Positions 51,644-64,000 of a stretch of DNA of 64,000 nt are shown in pieces (position 1 is the first letter of the stretch; every line of letters begins with the position of its first letter). The notes beneath the pieces are model-generated. The model saw nothing but the letters and a program-made list of their open reading frames with translations. It searched no databases and was not told where the DNA came from. Position numbers and translations under genes: made by a program. Location of the stretch: positions 105,041-169,040 of the forward strand of contig NMRA01000746.1 of NCBI GenBank assembly GCA_002633005.1. Direction: 5' to 3'. Origin of the DNA: Phoronis australis (Eukaryota; Animalia; Phoronida).

Positions 51644-54110
51644 CCCGTGCGAAATGTACCTCAGTTAACCATGGTTAACCATGCTTAACCGTGGCTGTAC
51701 AACCATGGTTGACCATGGTTTTAACATTTCGCGTTAAGTTGAAACCATGGTGGACTATGGTTGGCAACCATGGTTGACCATGGCTAAAAATCATGGTTGA
51801 CCATGGCTAAAAATCATGGTTGACCATGGCTAAAAATCATGGTTGACCATGGCTAAAAATCATGGTTGACCATGGCCATAAATCATGGTTGACCATGGTT
51901 ACTAAAAATGGTTGACCATTGCTTGGTAAGGTTTAGTGTGGTCAACAATGGTTAGCAAGCATGGTCTATCATGGTTATGAAGTCATGCATGTGAACTGAC
52001 AATCACAGGTGTAGCTAAAAGTCCACTACAAAATGACATACGTAAGCAAATTACACCTTGAGTTTCAAGTGAAATGTCTCAACCTCATCAAATTACTTTA
52101 GCAAGGTCTAACTCACTAAAAGGTCCCAATTCCCAACTTAACGTGAAATATTGATAACAAGTGTTGGCATTCTACATAATACTTCTATTTCTTCATTTAC
52201 AACTGGAGAAAGACACTTGGGAACCACAAGAACAATTGACTCTTTGAATGTTAAAAAGCACCTTCATGCAATAGAACAAAAAAATGCAAGATTTTGTAAA
52301 ATATATGGCACCAACAGTTTTTTGCTTTCACACTGAGCATCATCATGAAGAACCAAAACTTACAACAATGTGTAAAACAATTCAAAATTAGAATTCACAA
52401 TTCCCAAAATATTTCATCTATGTTACTGTATCGTGAAATATGTTTTGCCTAGCATGTAAAGTACTTTATAAATACAAGAAGTGTTCTTATTCACATGCAT
52501 AAATCTATAAGTCCGTCTTGACTATGCTTGAAGGGTATTCATTTTTTAACTTGCCTTATTTAAAAGGTATCCATTTTTTATCTTAAACTTTTTTACTGCT
52601 TGAGCCTTAGCAGTTATGTCTTTTAGGTCCAGGTAAAAATTGCCTTTCATCTCAGAACAAGTCCATACAATACGTCCACACACTTATGACTTTTGATGAG
52701 ATGTGTTGAGTGGCATTGGGGTATAAAGAGCTGCAGCAACAAAATATTGGCTGCCAGAAAAGCAGAATCCAGGTGTGACTCCAATCCTTAAATGCAGGCC
52801 ATTCAAGATCTAATCAGCACTTGAGGTCCACTGACTTAAGACTAATGTCACTTTCCGTAATCTTTTTTGCCACCACAGGGATTGGGGACTGCCAGAGTAG
52901 TGTTGGTGGATGGCTCTCAAGAACTTTCACTTGCCATCTGAGTTCCACTTCATCATGCATGTTTTCGAAGTCTTTGGTTGACTAAAGAAAAGTTGAAAAA
53001 ATTCCAGTTAGATGACATCAAGTAAATTAGTAGGATTTTTCATCCATTTCTGTACAGAAAATACAGAAATGCTTTGATTATTTAGTTAATCAACCATAAA
53101 ATAAATCTAGAATTGCGCTTTGGACAATTAAAATAAAGACGTGATCTCACGGTTTGGAAAGTATTGAAAATTTGTAATGTCATTGTCTCAGACATGGCTC
53201 ACAAAATAGATTTCTAGACATCATTTTAATCACAGAACAACTGGTCTAGAGAACATTAGCAGCTCTTTGCAAGACCATTAAAATCATTTCTATTCTCATC
53301 CAAGTTGATTAAACAAGTTGAGACCAATTTTAGGCTGGAACTTTTTGAAAATACAACATTATTTTTTCAAGGGGACACAAGTTACTTAATGCGTTGAAGA
53401 AAAAAATGACCCCCACATCAATTTTTGAAAAGACAAAACATCTATTTTTTCAAAACCCATGATAAACACATGGCAATTTGGTTGATAAAAAGATTTTGAA
53501 ATCAAGCTAATTTAGGCCTTTGTTTAAATCACAGAATTACATGAACTCTAAGCACTGAAGTTTAAAAACATACATTTGAGCACAGATGATTCATGCTTAT
53601 TTCCATTAAACCAGCCACAGAATCAGTTTGAAAAAACAACTCCCTTTTGTTTGTAAGACCAGAACTACTTATTTAAGAATGAAATATGTTAATTAACAGT
53701 CATATCAATATTAATACAGTGTTGAAGTCAAAACTTACCAGTCCATTTCTTCACTAAACCAGAGTCCTTGCTGAACCACAACCGTTTAAAATTTGAAATG
53801 CCTGTCAAAGGTTTGCATGGGTATCTCACTTTCCAGGAATGTAACCTTGACAACCAATTGTTAACACATGTTTGCTGATAACACTCCCAGGCAGTTCAAC
53901 ATGTACATGTAGCTGGGCTAGCATAAAATAAACATTTGGAAAACCCTTAGGGCAGTTCAACATTAGTGATGATTCAGTTGACTATCAAATAATTTTAGAC
54001 AATGCATCTTGTGGGGATATTTTAAAAGTTGGTAAGTGTGATACAACTTTCTGTAGGTCAGTCTAACTTTGTACAGGAATGATCATAAAACATGCACAAT
54101 TGCTTAGATT
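51644..54110 (+). mobile_element. CMC/EnSpm-like element with subterminal (AA)CCATGG(TT) array (51665-51975); runs to contig end
   Basis: aa|CCCGTGCGAAATGTACCTC terminus; empty site ttagctaacaaaaagg at about 54990; colinear with 60875-64000. Confidence 0.75.
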
Positions 54111-54264
54111 NTTAAAACAATGTGATATCGAGCCAAAGTTGAAATTTCTACCTTTTCCTGATGAATTACAACAATTTTTCAGCACAGCTTGTAACATTGT
54201 TGGTAATGTCTAGTGATGACAAGTGCATGCACCCATATGAACAGAATTGTCTACTAATACAAAC

Positions 54265-54348
54265 CTTTAATTGGAATCTCCTCCTGAGACCCATAGCCAC
54301 TTTTATTTTCATTTGTTAGTTCCAATACAGTATTTTTCTTTCTATAAT
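54265..54348 (-). CDS. Phase-1 exon, 84 bp: DYRKKNTVLELTNENKSGYGSQEEIPIK
   Basis: Same splice sites as 50941-50997, open frame. Confidence 0.6.
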
Positions 54349-55688
54349 CTGAAACAAAAAATACACTATCTTAAGAGAGGTCGATCATTTATCAAAGTGA
54401 TGCATGAAAATCTTCTGAAAAGAAAATTGGCCTTAGTGTTGTGGGTTTAAATTATTTGTAACGCTGTCTTAACGTGTGGTTATTCAAAATAAGAATCATG
54501 AAAGTACCAATAGTGGCTCATAATCGTACATTATAAGCACTTAAAATTACAGTACAAGACAAAAGTATTCCCACAAAATTTTGGCTGTATTTTGTTGAGA
54601 GCTAGTAAAAACCTCCCTGAAACAATTAGGCTTGACCGCTTGAGTGCTAATCGTTTCTAAGTATTTGAGATCAATATTGGTGTTTTTCAATGTTATGTGC
54701 AGGTTTGTGGTGAAAGGCACAATGGTATAAAATCATTTGATCAACAATTTAGGAACCAGAAGAAACTTAAGAAAGAAACAGTATTTCTGTGTTTAATATG
54801 CTCACACTGCCTGGTGACTAAATAAACACTTATTTCTTAGAATTTCCCTCAGGCCAGTCAGACTCATCTTCAACAAATAGTTATTGACCTCACAGTAACA
54901 TAACCTAAGATATAACAAATGCAGCCTGATTCAGTTTTCAGCACACAAGTCAGTTGGCTTGTGCCTCTCTGTCCCGATTGATCTTTAGCTAACAAAAAGG
55001 TTTTCCAAGTGTATCATAATGGCTACAGCTCAACCTATGAGGTTCACAAATGCAAGTGTGAAAATAGATTCTGAATAATTTGTCATTTTAAACACAAACA
55101 TGAGTTTTTAAGGCTGCCAGTATGTGCTTAAGGTTTAATAAGTACATTGGTTTCATGATGAGATTGATACGCTTCTCTAATAATGTCAAAATCTCACATG
55201 ATTTCCTTGCGAATATCCTTCTGCCATGTGATCTAGGGTACAAAACCCATTGCATTTTTATCAACTATATCTACCCTTGTCAAATACAACTGTTAGCATC
55301 ACCAGCAGAGATTGATATAACTGCTTTATTTTAACCATTTGTCTGTGGTATATTACTTTTTTGCATATCAATTTTAAAAATGCTGCCTGGTGCCGGCACC
55401 TCAGTGAATGGGTGTTTTACCTATGCACTAATATTTGTACAGCATGCATACAACTTATTTTAACTGAATGAGTGACCTCTGTGAGGTGAACACTTAGATC
55501 CAAATGTCTAAGGCTTTTGCTCAGTCAGCCAATAGAGCTTAGGCTGGCCAAAAAATTGCCAAGTGTAAAATTTATTTGGTATGCCTTACAAGTTATTCTC
55601 TACATTGTTTGATGCTTTGGTACAGCCAGTTGGTTATGCTTCTCTTATATGGTTTCACCTGGGCCTCAGGCGTGTTAATGCAGTTTAA

Positions 55689-56845
55689 CCCTTATCCTGC
55701 GCTAGGCGAGGTCAGCCGACAAGCCTATTATTCTATTAAAATGCGTTGGGTGTACTCAATCGCCTAAAATAAGCTACGGCTAGGCTGCGCAAGGAGAGTG
55801 TACTCACCCCAGGACACTGGTGTTTTTCATTCAGAAATTGTGAAAGCCCCGTATGCTGTTTATATATGTGAGCATGCGCATTCCACAGTTCATAGTTTCC
55901 TGTACACTTTTCTGATTTACAACATATGGCTGTGATTGTTTGTTTCCGAGATATTTGAAAGTTTACGCAAGTTTTATCTTGGCTGGTGCCAAACGTGGTA
56001 AGGTGACATGTTGACCAGTTTCTTGAGGAAGTGTTCATGGACTCAGATAGTGAAAACGAGCTGGAATTGGCACTAAAAAGTGACGGTGACAGTGACGGGG
56101 AAACTAACACAACAGTCACAAGTAATGCAGATTCTATTGTTTCGGATCTCAGTGCAATTTTTGGATGAGTTTCCGGTCCCTGAAGCTGAACTTGGAGTGT
56201 CCTAGCTACGACGATGCTTTGCTCACGCCCTTCAGGCATAATACAGGGCTTCTGAAACATGATGGAACTCATTCAGACTTAGATACTTTTTGTGACTTTT
56301 ACACAGAATAGCTCTGTGTCCCCACCCGTGTTTCAAGTTTTTGCACACCAAGGTGAACTTCAAAACAGACTTTAGCAAGCAACTGCACCAGTCATGAATT
56401 TGTAATCGTGCAAAGTTGAGGTATGTTATATACTGTACATTCTTGTTTGTAGATGTGATGTTACAAACAATAAATCTGCTTTACTAAACACGCAAGTCTC
56501 ATGGATTCCCTTTTAAAAATGCTTATTAAGGTTTTTGAGTGTCAGCTCTGTTCTGCGAAAACAGATAAAAACAAAGAGTGTCCAGTTTGAAAGTTTATAG
56601 AATTATTTACACCAAGGCTATGGTAAAGATATGCATATGGTGAAAATTCCCATTGAATTCTGAACAACTTTCGTGCAGACCACTTTTATGTAAAGTTGAT
56701 ATTACCCCTTCAAATTTCCAATCTAAAAATGTTAGGTCATTAATCTGAGTGACCTTCATAACAGCCCCGTGCGCACAGCAGTGGTGACCTACTTAGCTCA
56801 GTGCACAGGGAAAGTTGTCTGAATAGAGGCTTAGCAGGATAAGAG
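55689..56845 (+). mobile_element. piggyBac deletion derivative
   Basis: TTAA|CCCTTATCCTGC ... GCAGGATAAGAG|TTAA; acidic N-terminal relic VDQFLEEVFMDSDSENELE (about 56010-56160); C-terminal Cys-rich relic IALCPHPCFKFLHT (about 56280-56360). Confidence 0.88.
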
Positions 56846-59800
56846 TTAATCACAGAGCCAAGAGGTTTTCCATGGGAGTACAGCACCCAATGCAACTGTG
56901 TCCATGTGCATCCCACACAACAAAAATTATCCAAATCAGGTGAAGCAGTAGAAAGTAGTTGAAACTTTTGTGGCAAACATGCAATAAACATTTCCACTAA
57001 ATAAGATTGGCCCAAACCCCGCCTATCAGGGTAAACGGTGGGGTTTGGCAGATTGAACTAGACCGTATTCATCCACCATGGCTGAGTCGCGCTCGGCTCA
57101 CGATCAAAGGGATGCCGCAAGCTGCTCTATTCATCGAGTCACGAGCGAGGATAATTGGCTTTGCTCATGCGGAAATGATCAGCTGATTACAGTCTAGCGT
57201 AGCAGACTGTACTTTTTATGGAGAGAGTTTTACGTAGTTTTTACTGTAATATTTCAAAAGAGGAGCAAAAACAAATATAGACCGGGATCCCAGAGCTTTT
57301 TTGGGCTTGAAAAGGTAACCAATTTTCTTTGGTGCCACAGTGCTCTATGGGTATCCTGATGGTTGGAAATGGTCGTCTGGCAGGCTCGCTCTGGTGGTTG
57401 GGTCAGGGGAGCCAAGAGAATGACACTCAAAAATTGAGCTAGATCAACTTTTCTGGTAATCACTTCAAACTGCCTTGGATACCTACTACGTAATCCACTG
57501 TATCAAAATTGGTCATTGCCAGACAATTTCAGTTTTGGGGAGTATCAGCCAGACAATTGCAAACAAGGTGCAAAAATTGAGGTAGATCAATCCAAGAGGT
57601 AACAGTGTGAAACCACATGTGGTGAATACCTCCACTACCACAAGAAACTGTAGGAACACCCCATTTATCCACCTTCCCTCTTATCAAGCTTCTATTGTGA
57701 GTCAGCATGCGTTAATAATTGGCTGATAAGCCACCTCTGGAACTACTTTTGGCTAAATGGATGACCAGGCCAATAAAATGATAATTAGCCAAGATCAGTT
57801 AGTAATGCAACAAAGAATAATGTCATAACATCACCTAGCCTTGGTGGAAAGCTGTATACTGTATTGGCTTTAGTAAACGCTTAAAAAAGTTCATTTCAAG
57901 GGGAGGGGACGCTTATTGTAGCCTACGGCAGTTGAAACCCAGTTTCCCCAACCAGTAAAATCGGAAGCTAGGATTCATCAAAATTTACACTCTGTGACGT
58001 ATTTGTAGCCTATGACAGTTTCTACAAAATTGTGGTGCATTGCTATCAACTTCCGTTGTTAAATTACGATAATTTTTCAAAAAATTGTGCTCATCACAGG
58101 GCGAAAACTTGCCGACTGATGCATCGCTGAATCGCGATCGTCAATAGGAAAATTTGAACTCTTGAATAAAAATATAGTTTCGACTTAACAAATTACCTGA
58201 AATCTGCCTTATGTTTTACAATTTTTAAAGTTCATGTGGAGTCCAGATTAATTACGATTAAGTCCAATCAAATCTGCGCTACATCGTACCCCACAACACG
58301 AGAAAAATCTCTGGATGAACACACATGTTGTTGTCACGTGACATTTGTTTTGAAGTTCGTCTGTGTATGAGAGTGAGAGCGTGCCTGTGCGGGTCATCGA
58401 CGACAGACTTTTTTGTTACCGTAAAGGTGGAGGATTATGCAAGAAAATGGCGTTTGCTAGATTGTTTTTCACTTAAACGGCTGCAACGTGCAAGGTGAGT
58501 GCTGGTTAACTCACAGATTTTGTGTGCACGGGCCGACGGTCGTTAGCTCTACCGTGGAGTATTAATAGTCCAAGGCTCGATCTACGTGTTGGGGACGAGG
58601 TGAACTACCCGGGCTGTGTGAAATTTCTGGGTCTAACGGAGACACTGACGCCGTGGTCACCCAGCTCGCTGTATCAAGACTATAGTCAAAATCCAAATTC
58701 GCTTTATCGTGTCCCTGTCAATAATAACGGCATGCTAAAGTTTCTTAATTTCCGTACTTCAGGAACATAACAATCACGTGTTTTGTACACATACGCGCAC
58801 GCCGCAGATCACATCTCGGAAATTGCATAGCATCACCTAGGGTCTAGTTCAATCTGCCAAACCCCACCGTTTACCCTAATAGGCGAGGTTTGGGCCAATC
58901 TTATTTAGTGGGAATGTTCATAGCATGCTTGTTTGAATCTGATCAGCCATCTTGGACAACAGCATAAATTACGAGTTTGAAATTCATTACAGCGTTCTGT
59001 CGTTCAGTTACTTTTCCAGACGTGAGGAGTGCTGAACGTGCGATAAAATCTGACTTTTTTGTTAAGTGCCCAGCTCAGTCATTTGTCCCGTATGATGACA
59101 AGCAGGCCAATTATATCCCAGGCTTCAAAGGAAATGTGTGGAGGTTGCACACTATTACCGAACACAGTCAAACCCAGTGCGTCCGTTTGGACAGAATAGA
59201 TTGTCTTTAGTTGGGCGATTTTGGTGATTCAAAAAGGGAACATGATCAGCATTTGACGAGGAATTCAGCAATGCTATTGGTTTAAGCTCAAATATGTTAT
59301 AACTTAACTTTCTTTTTTCTCAGCTCAGTCAGTCTAGATACGATCTGATCGGAGATTAGAGCAATTATCGAACAAAAGAGCGCAGGCCCTCCAACCATAA
59401 ATGCCAGAATGGAGTTAATCAATCGTGTAAGATATTGGGGACGGGGGTAAACTTCCCAACTTGTTGTTGGGCTATAGAATCGAACAAGTTGGGAGCAACG
59501 GGATGTCGCCGTCATGTGTATACAAATTATTTTTCACTAATAATTTACAGTGAAATTTAGTGAGACTTATCTTTACCTACTGTTCTGTGTGTTTTAACAG
59601 TTTTCATCAGTATTCACCCAAGCAGATGTTACTTATTGAGTGATCTAACATTCTCACAATTCCTGTCGGACTTGGTCTCATTTCCAGTGGTGCTGATAAA
59701 ATGGCGACTTTTACTAGCTAAAAGTGTTCAACCAGCAAGATTGTAGTGTGTAAAAATTTAACTGCAATTCATTTTGATGAAAACTCCTATAAAAAGCAAC

Positions 59801-60874
59801 TTCATGCGATTTTCGGTTTTATTGCAAAAAATTTAAGGAATATTCTAATTATTTGACTGTGAATTTCCCCTTCAATTGATCTTAACACTGCTAAAAATAG
59901 TTGAAACAGTTTTGATAGTTTTTGTTTAAAAGTCAACTGCTCTTCGAGAATTTGTATTTTTCTTAATTTTATGTTGAAATTGTGTTTTTAATTCATGTTT
60001 TGTAACTTGTTGGCAAAGGTTTCTGCTTCATGTTATCTCTAAGCAACAAAATATGAAGAATATTAATTTACTTAGAGGAGTAGGCTACGTTGGATTGTTA
60101 TGCTTCCTCCAATCCTTGATCCTTGTAACTTATTATTTTTTGAATATAGGTTAATGAAACAACAATATTGGACCAACTGAAACTTTTCCTTCAATACAAG
60201 ATGTTTATATCCAAAAATTTCGGTTGATTCATTATTGTTGTTTTATTTACCTTTATATATTCTATATTTCTTGAAGCAATAGTATCCTTGAGAGGATCTG
60301 GATTGCCTTCTTAATGGTTTCAGATTTATTTTCTACGTCTCACAAAGCGAGGATGGCAATACGGAGATGCAGCAAAAACTCCTATCGGGAAAAGATGGAG
60401 GAGTGTGTAACCAGCACGAACTTGGTTGCATCTCCAAATTTACATTGCGTGCGATACTGGAAGGAGGAAGGCCAGAGACTATCAGGGTGCCTACCCTCTG
60501 ATGTCACCACAGAAACAGAAACAGAAACAGACTTGCATCATATCTTCTGTGAAGTTCACTTCACTAACTGTGTTAATAATGTTAAAAATGAATTAAATAC
60601 ATCCATATTTGGAGTATGCCTGGGTTTCTTCGGAGTAGTATCTTGCAGAGGAGTCTTTTTTCGGAGTTTTTTTTTGGAGTAGTGGGCAGTAACCATGCTA
60701 TGAACATTCCCACTAAGTAAGATTGGTTCTAACCCCAGTGGTTAAGGTAAACGGTGGGGTATGGAAAATTGAACTAGACCGTATTTATCCACCTTGGCTG
60801 AGTCGCGCTCGGCTCACGATCAAAGAGATGCCGCCAAGCTGCTCTAGTCATCGAGTCACGAGCGAGGATAATTG

Positions 60875-63800
60875 CCCCTGCGAAATGTACCTCGGTTAAC
60901 CATGGTTAACCATGGTTGACCATGGCTGTACAACCATGGTTGACCATGGTTTTAACATTTCGCGTTAAGTTGAAACCATGGTGGACTATGGTTGGCAACC
61001 ATGGTTGACCATGCTTCACAACCATGGTTATCAACCATGGTTTTCAAACATGGATACTAACCGTGGCTAACAACCATGGTTGACCATGCTTCACAACCAT
61101 GCTATGAGACAACTTAACGCGAAATGTTAAAACCATGGTTACCAACCATGGTGTAGAACCATAGTTGACCATGGTTACCAACCATGGTATAGAACCATGG
61201 TTGACCATGGTTACCAACCATGGTATAGAACCATGGTCGACCATGGTTAATGAGACAACTTAACGCGAAATGTTAAAACCATGGTTGACCATGGTTACCA
61301 ACCATGGTGTAGAATCATGGTTACCATGGTTGACAATGGTGGTTAAAAATCATGGTTGACCATGGTTAAAAATCATGGCTGACCATGGTTACTTATCATG
61401 GGTTACCATGGTAACTAACAACGGTTGAGCATTGCTTGGCATGGTTATTAAGCGTGATCAGCAATGGTTAGCAAGCATGGTCAAACATGGTTAGTAAGCA
61501 TGGTTCACCGTGGTCATAAAGGCATTCATGTGAACTGACAATTACAGGTATAGATTAAAGTCCACTATATAATGACATACACCACGTAAGCAAATTACCT
61601 GTTCTTTTTCAAGTGAAATGTCTCAATCTCATCAAATTACGTTAGCAAGGTCTAACTCACTAAAAGGTTCCAATTCCCAACTTAACTTGAAATATTGAAA
61701 ACAAGTGTTTGCATTCTACATAATACTTCTATTTCTTCATTTAGAACTGGACAAAGACAATATTAACCACTTAGAACAATGGACTCTTTGAATGTTAAAA
61801 ATAGCACCTTAATGTTATAAAGGAAATCTTAACTTGAAAGAACTGCAAGATTTTGTAAAATATATGGCACCAACAACTTTCTGCTTTGACACTGAGCATG
61901 AACATGAAGAATCAAAACTTACAACAATTGGTAAAACAATTCAAAATTAAAATTGACATTTCCCAAAGTATTTCATCTGTGCAAAACGTGAAATATGTTT
62001 TGCCTAGCGTGTAAAGTACTTTATAAATACAACAAAGTGTTCCTATTCACATTTACAAAACTGTGAGTCTTTGCTTGAAGGATATTCATTTTTTAACTTG
62101 TCCCACTTCAAAGTTATGGATTTTTTAACTTATACTTTTTGTACCGCTTGAGCCTTTGCAGTTAGTCTTCTAGGTCCAGGTGAAAACAGTCTTTCCTCTC
62201 ACAGCAAAAAAGTCCATACAATATGTCCTCACATTTGGCTTTTGATAGTATGTGTTATGAGGCACAGGGGGTGTAAAGAGCTGCAGCAGCAAACTATTGG
62301 ATGTCAGACAAGCAGTATCGAAGTGTGACTCCAAATCCTTAAATACAGGCTATTCAAGGTCTAATCAGCACTTGGGGTCCACACTTTTTAGAATATAGAC
62401 TTGTCACCCTCCATTGACTTTTGCCCACCACAGGAATTGAGGACTGTCACAGTAGTGTTGGTGGTGGTGGTTGGCTCTCAAGTACTTTCATTCGCCATCT
62501 GAGTTTTTTCACATCATTCATGTCTTCAAAGTCTTCTGTCATACTAAAGAAAAATTGAGAAAAGTACAGTTAGATGAGATCAAGTAAATGAATAGGATTT
62601 TTTTATTCATTTTTGATTCGAAAATACAGAAATTCTTTCTTAGTTAATCAGCCATAACTTACGTACAATTAACATTTTGATTAAGAGCATTAATAACGAT
62701 GATTGTGCTAAAATCCGCTGCATCTTATGAGATTCCAGAAAAAGGAAAACTTCCAAAAAGCTTTTCTCCCTGACGCTAAAAGCAATCAGTAGAAAGCACG
62801 GATAACAATGCCAATTCAACGTAATTTTCTCATCACATGATTTCACATAAATCTATAACCACGTTTTTTTAATGCAACAGCAGTTTTCACTTGTTCTGGA
62901 TACCAGAAACAGAAAAAATGTATGTGAGGCCACTTATTTAATTCTCTGTTAAAGCTCATAGGGATTAAAAAAATTCAACAAAATGAATGGAAACTTTGAA
63001 GTACTTACGGTCACTAATAGACTTTCTCAAGTCAATCTTCACTACAGGCTATAATCCTCACTGGAGTTGCACAGGGGTCAATGTTTGCTCCACTTTCCTT
63101 CCTCATTCATGTCAGCCAATATTGAGATCTGTGCTGGCTGATGACACTATTATATACCATTTGTCCCACTGTGCTTTCAGCTCAAACTTCATGACTCTCT
63201 ATAATTTATGTAGTGTGGCTCATGAAGAACAGAACCCAGGCAGCTGACCTCTGGCCATGGCAAACCTCTATAATACACCATGTATCTCTTAGTCTTGTGT
63301 CTATTTCAATAATAAGTGACAGTTTAACCAAAATAAAAAATAGTTCGCTTTCAATTAGATGGTGATGTTAGAATGATGACAAGATAATAAAAACAAATGA
63401 TTAAAGCAAGTGAAATATGTTAGGTTAAAACATGACAACTGGCAATGTTTTGGAAGGTACTTGCATGGTTGTTTCTGGTCTGGACCTCAACCCATTTTGA
63501 AATCCGTGTCGTTTAACATGGCCATTCAGACCCACCCTCCTCAACAAAAATGAACTTTTGATTAAGAACACTCATCGCCGTAAAATAAATCTAGAATTTT
63601 TAGACAACATACAGATGTGATCTCATGGCTTGGAAAATATCGAGAATATATATACTTGTTTCAGATTTCAGGCTCACAAAATAGACTTTTCTACAGGCAT
63701 TTAATCATTTTAATCATAGAGCGACTGGTCACAAGTTACCACCTTTATGCAAGACCAAAAATCACTTCTGTTCTCATCCGAGTTGTAATAACACTGAAGT

Positions 63801-64000
63801 TGAGACCAATTTCAGGGTGGAAATTTTAGAAAATACAACATTCTTTCTACAAGGGGACACAAGTTAATTTATGTGTTAAAGAAAAAAATGACCTCCACAT
63901 CAATTTTTGGCAAAGACTTAACACCTATTTTCAAAACCCATTAGAAACACAGGGCAATTTGGTTGTTAAAAAAGACTTTGAAGTCAAGATAATTTACAGT
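60875..64000 (+). mobile_element. Second CMC/EnSpm-like copy with expanded, partly inverted CCATGG array (60895-61515)
   Basis: CCCCTGCGAAATGTACCTC terminus inserted into a CATG-family element; has about 0.9 kb (62657-63578) absent from copy 1. Confidence 0.75.

Noticed and set aside
55736-56272. 178-aa minus-strand ORF
   Set aside because: Antisense to the piggyBac acidic N-terminal relic.
51665-61515. CCATGG arrays as CRISPR-like repeats
   Set aside because: No unique spacers, no cas genes, eukaryotic context; explained as transposon subterminal repeats.

Overview
AT-rich eukaryotic DNA, probably from an invertebrate animal, dominated by nested transposon remnants. The window has one ~540-N gap and three single-N contig joins (42860, 46492, 54111). 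The main hidden gene is a spliced minus-strand Ulp1/SENP (C48) SUMO-protease-like gene of five exons (19081->12520). Its splice phases are compatible and its His/Asp/Gln/Cys catalytic residues are intact, but the ORF track shows only one of its exons. Across the window on the same strand are many small, symmetric phase-1 exons (36-138 bp), several of them duplicated, including a tandem SIM-like exon and a transmembrane-hairpin exon. Mobile elements include a TA-targeting Tc2/pogo-like family carrying a HIRAN-like ORF and a second Tc2-like family. Also present are an L2/Crack-type LINE, Penelope-like elements, Academ and piggyBac deletion derivatives, EnSpm-like elements with palindromic CCATGG arrays, Harbinger/hAT/Helentron-like MITEs and a 21-bp G-rich minisatellite. 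The duplications next to single Ns look like uncollapsed haplotypes. All family assignments come from manual motif reading, not database searches.
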